A stretch of 64,000 nt of DNA, taken from assembly GCA_033854175.1 (NCBI GenBank), contig JAWOKN010000056.1:3736-67735 (forward strand), in the 5' to 3' direction. Under the pieces are notes generated by a model that was given only the letters and a program-made list of their open reading frames with translations, was not told the origin of the DNA and ran no database searches. The first letter of the stretch is position 1. Each line of letters begins with the position of its first letter. Source of the DNA: Bacteroidota bacterium (GTDB taxonomy: Bacteria > Bacteroidota > Ignavibacteria > UBA10030 > SZUA-254). Positions 63,069 through 64,000 of this stretch are shown here, piece after piece. Both the position numbers and the translations under genes were made by a program.

Positions 63069-64000
63069 TCAGGCCACGCTGTTGACGGGCTCAAAAACTT
63101 TTTGTGTTTCCTTCAGATCCTTCGACTGCAGGTACTTATGAATCGCAGCGGCTGCCGTCTTGCCGTCGCGCATGGCAAGGATAACCGTAGCACCGCCACG
63201 GGAAAGGTCACCGCCGGCGAAAATACCCTCTCGGCTCGTACCCTGTTCCTCATTGATCACGACCGTGCCCCGTTTGCTCGTTTCGAGGCCGGGGGTGGTG
63301 GCCTGGATAATGGGATTCGGTTTCTGGCCGACCGCCTCGATGACGGTCTGGACCTGGATGACATACTCCGAACCCTTGATGGGGACGGGGCGTCTGCGGC
63401 CGGATTCATCCGGTTCCCCGAGTTCCATCTTCTGGCATTCCATACCGCACACCCAGTTATTCTTATCCGCGAGGATGCGGGTAGGATTCGTGAGGAGGAC
63501 AAACTCGACCCCTTCCTCCTCGGCGTGATGAATCTCCTCATCACGTGCGGGCATTTCCTCGCGGGAGCGGCGATAGACCAGATAGGCCTTCTTGGCGCCG
63601 AGGCGGAGAGAGGTTCTCACGGCATCCATGGCGGTATTACCGCCGCCGATGACGGCGACCTCCCTGCCGAATTTGATCGGCGTATCGAACTTCGGAAACT
63701 CATACGCCTTCATCAGGTTGACGCGGGTAAGAAACTCATTGGCTGAATAGACCCCGCTCAGGCTCTCGCCGGGGATACCCATAAAGGTGGGGGTACCGGC
63801 GCCCGTGCCGAGGAAGATCGCGTTAAAGCCCCATTCATCAAAGAACTCATCAATCGTGGCAGTACGGCCGACCACGAAGTTTGTATAAATCTTCACGCCC
63901 AGCGCCTTGATCCGGTCCGTTTCCAGGTCCAGGATCGTGCGTGGAAGGCGGAATTCGGGAATACCATAGCGCAGCACCCCTCCCACGGCGTGCAGCGCTT
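63069..64000 (-). CDS. GltD/NfnB/SudA-type NAD(P)H-dependent FAD oxidoreductase (glutamate synthase small-chain homologue), 5' end beyond window
   Basis: YGIPEFRLP, AVIGGGNTAMDAVRT, FAGGD. The ORF remains open to the window edge. Confidence 0.85.
   Translation of the reverse strand, partial: ALHAVGGVLRYGIPEFRLPRTILDLETDRIKALGVKIYTNFVVGRTATIDEFFDEWGFNAIFLGTGAGTPTFMGIPGESLSGVYSANEFLTRVNLMKAYEFPKFDTPIKFGREVAVIGGGNTAMDAVRTSLRLGAKKAYLVYRRSREEMPARDEEIHHAEEEGVEFVLLTNPTRILADKNNWVCGMECQKMELGEPDESGRRRPVPIKGSEYVIQVQTVIEAVGQKPNPIIQATTPGLETSKRGTVVINEEQGTSREGIFAGGDLSRGGATVILAMRDGKTAAAAIHKYLQSKDLKETQKVFEPVNSVA

Noticed and set aside
1-64000. A search by eye for CRISPR arrays, tRNA/rRNA genes, riboswitch-like leaders, reverse transcriptases/retrons, toxin-antitoxin pairs and defence-type ATPase/nuclease clusters.
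   Set aside because: I saw none. The intergenic regions are short and contain no tRNA-like T-arm sequences or spaced direct repeats, and no ORF carries RT (YxDD) or typical defence-nuclease signatures. A covariance-model scan could still find small RNAs I cannot detect by eye.

Overview
This is a 64-kb, gene-dense window with about 60 CDS. I saw no rRNA, tRNA or CRISPR array. It is moderately GC-rich, and the first ~3.4 kb looks AT-richer by eye. Two secreted proteins end in the NYPNPFNPST-type T9SS C-terminal sorting domain, which points to the FCB (Bacteroidota/Ignavibacteria-like) radiation.

The content is mostly ferredoxin-linked anaerobic metabolism:
- A ~12-kb minus-strand operon: alanine dehydrogenase, CoA-transferase, malic enzyme, a four-subunit 2-oxoacid:ferredoxin oxidoreductase, several unusual Cys-rich or degenerate proteins, and a Cys/Met-type PLP enzyme.
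- gdhA, PFOR (nifJ-type), ptb-buk and a GltD/NfnB-like oxidoreductase.
- Cytochrome bd oxidase, feoAB, two OsmC paralogues and a rhodanese/DUF302 cluster.
- A Ser/Thr kinase with TPR repeats, and housekeeping genes (def, rsgA, M1 aminopeptidase).

The most unusual locus is 32.3-39.9 kb. It holds a tightly coupled four-gene operon: a signal-less NrfC/HybA-type 4x[4Fe-4S] protein and a 10-TM NrfD/HybB-type subunit, bracketed by two paralogous GcvH-fold proteins that lack the lipoyl-lysine. No catalytic subunit is encoded nearby. A sensor kinase with heme-c motifs, a sigma54 activator and an archaemetzincin follow it.

The second notable signal is a 40-bp module, a 10-4-10 palindrome abutting a consensus sigma54 -24/-12 promoter. 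It occurs twice: upstream of feoAB, and directly after an Fe-S-type Rrf2 regulator gene upstream of a NapH-like polyferredoxin operon. Weaker sigma54-type promoters precede several other operons.

The left end carries a decayed IS3 transposase fused to a fragment of a kinase paralogue, next to a T9SS-sorted nonaheme cytochrome. All family assignments come from motif recognition by eye; no database search was run.
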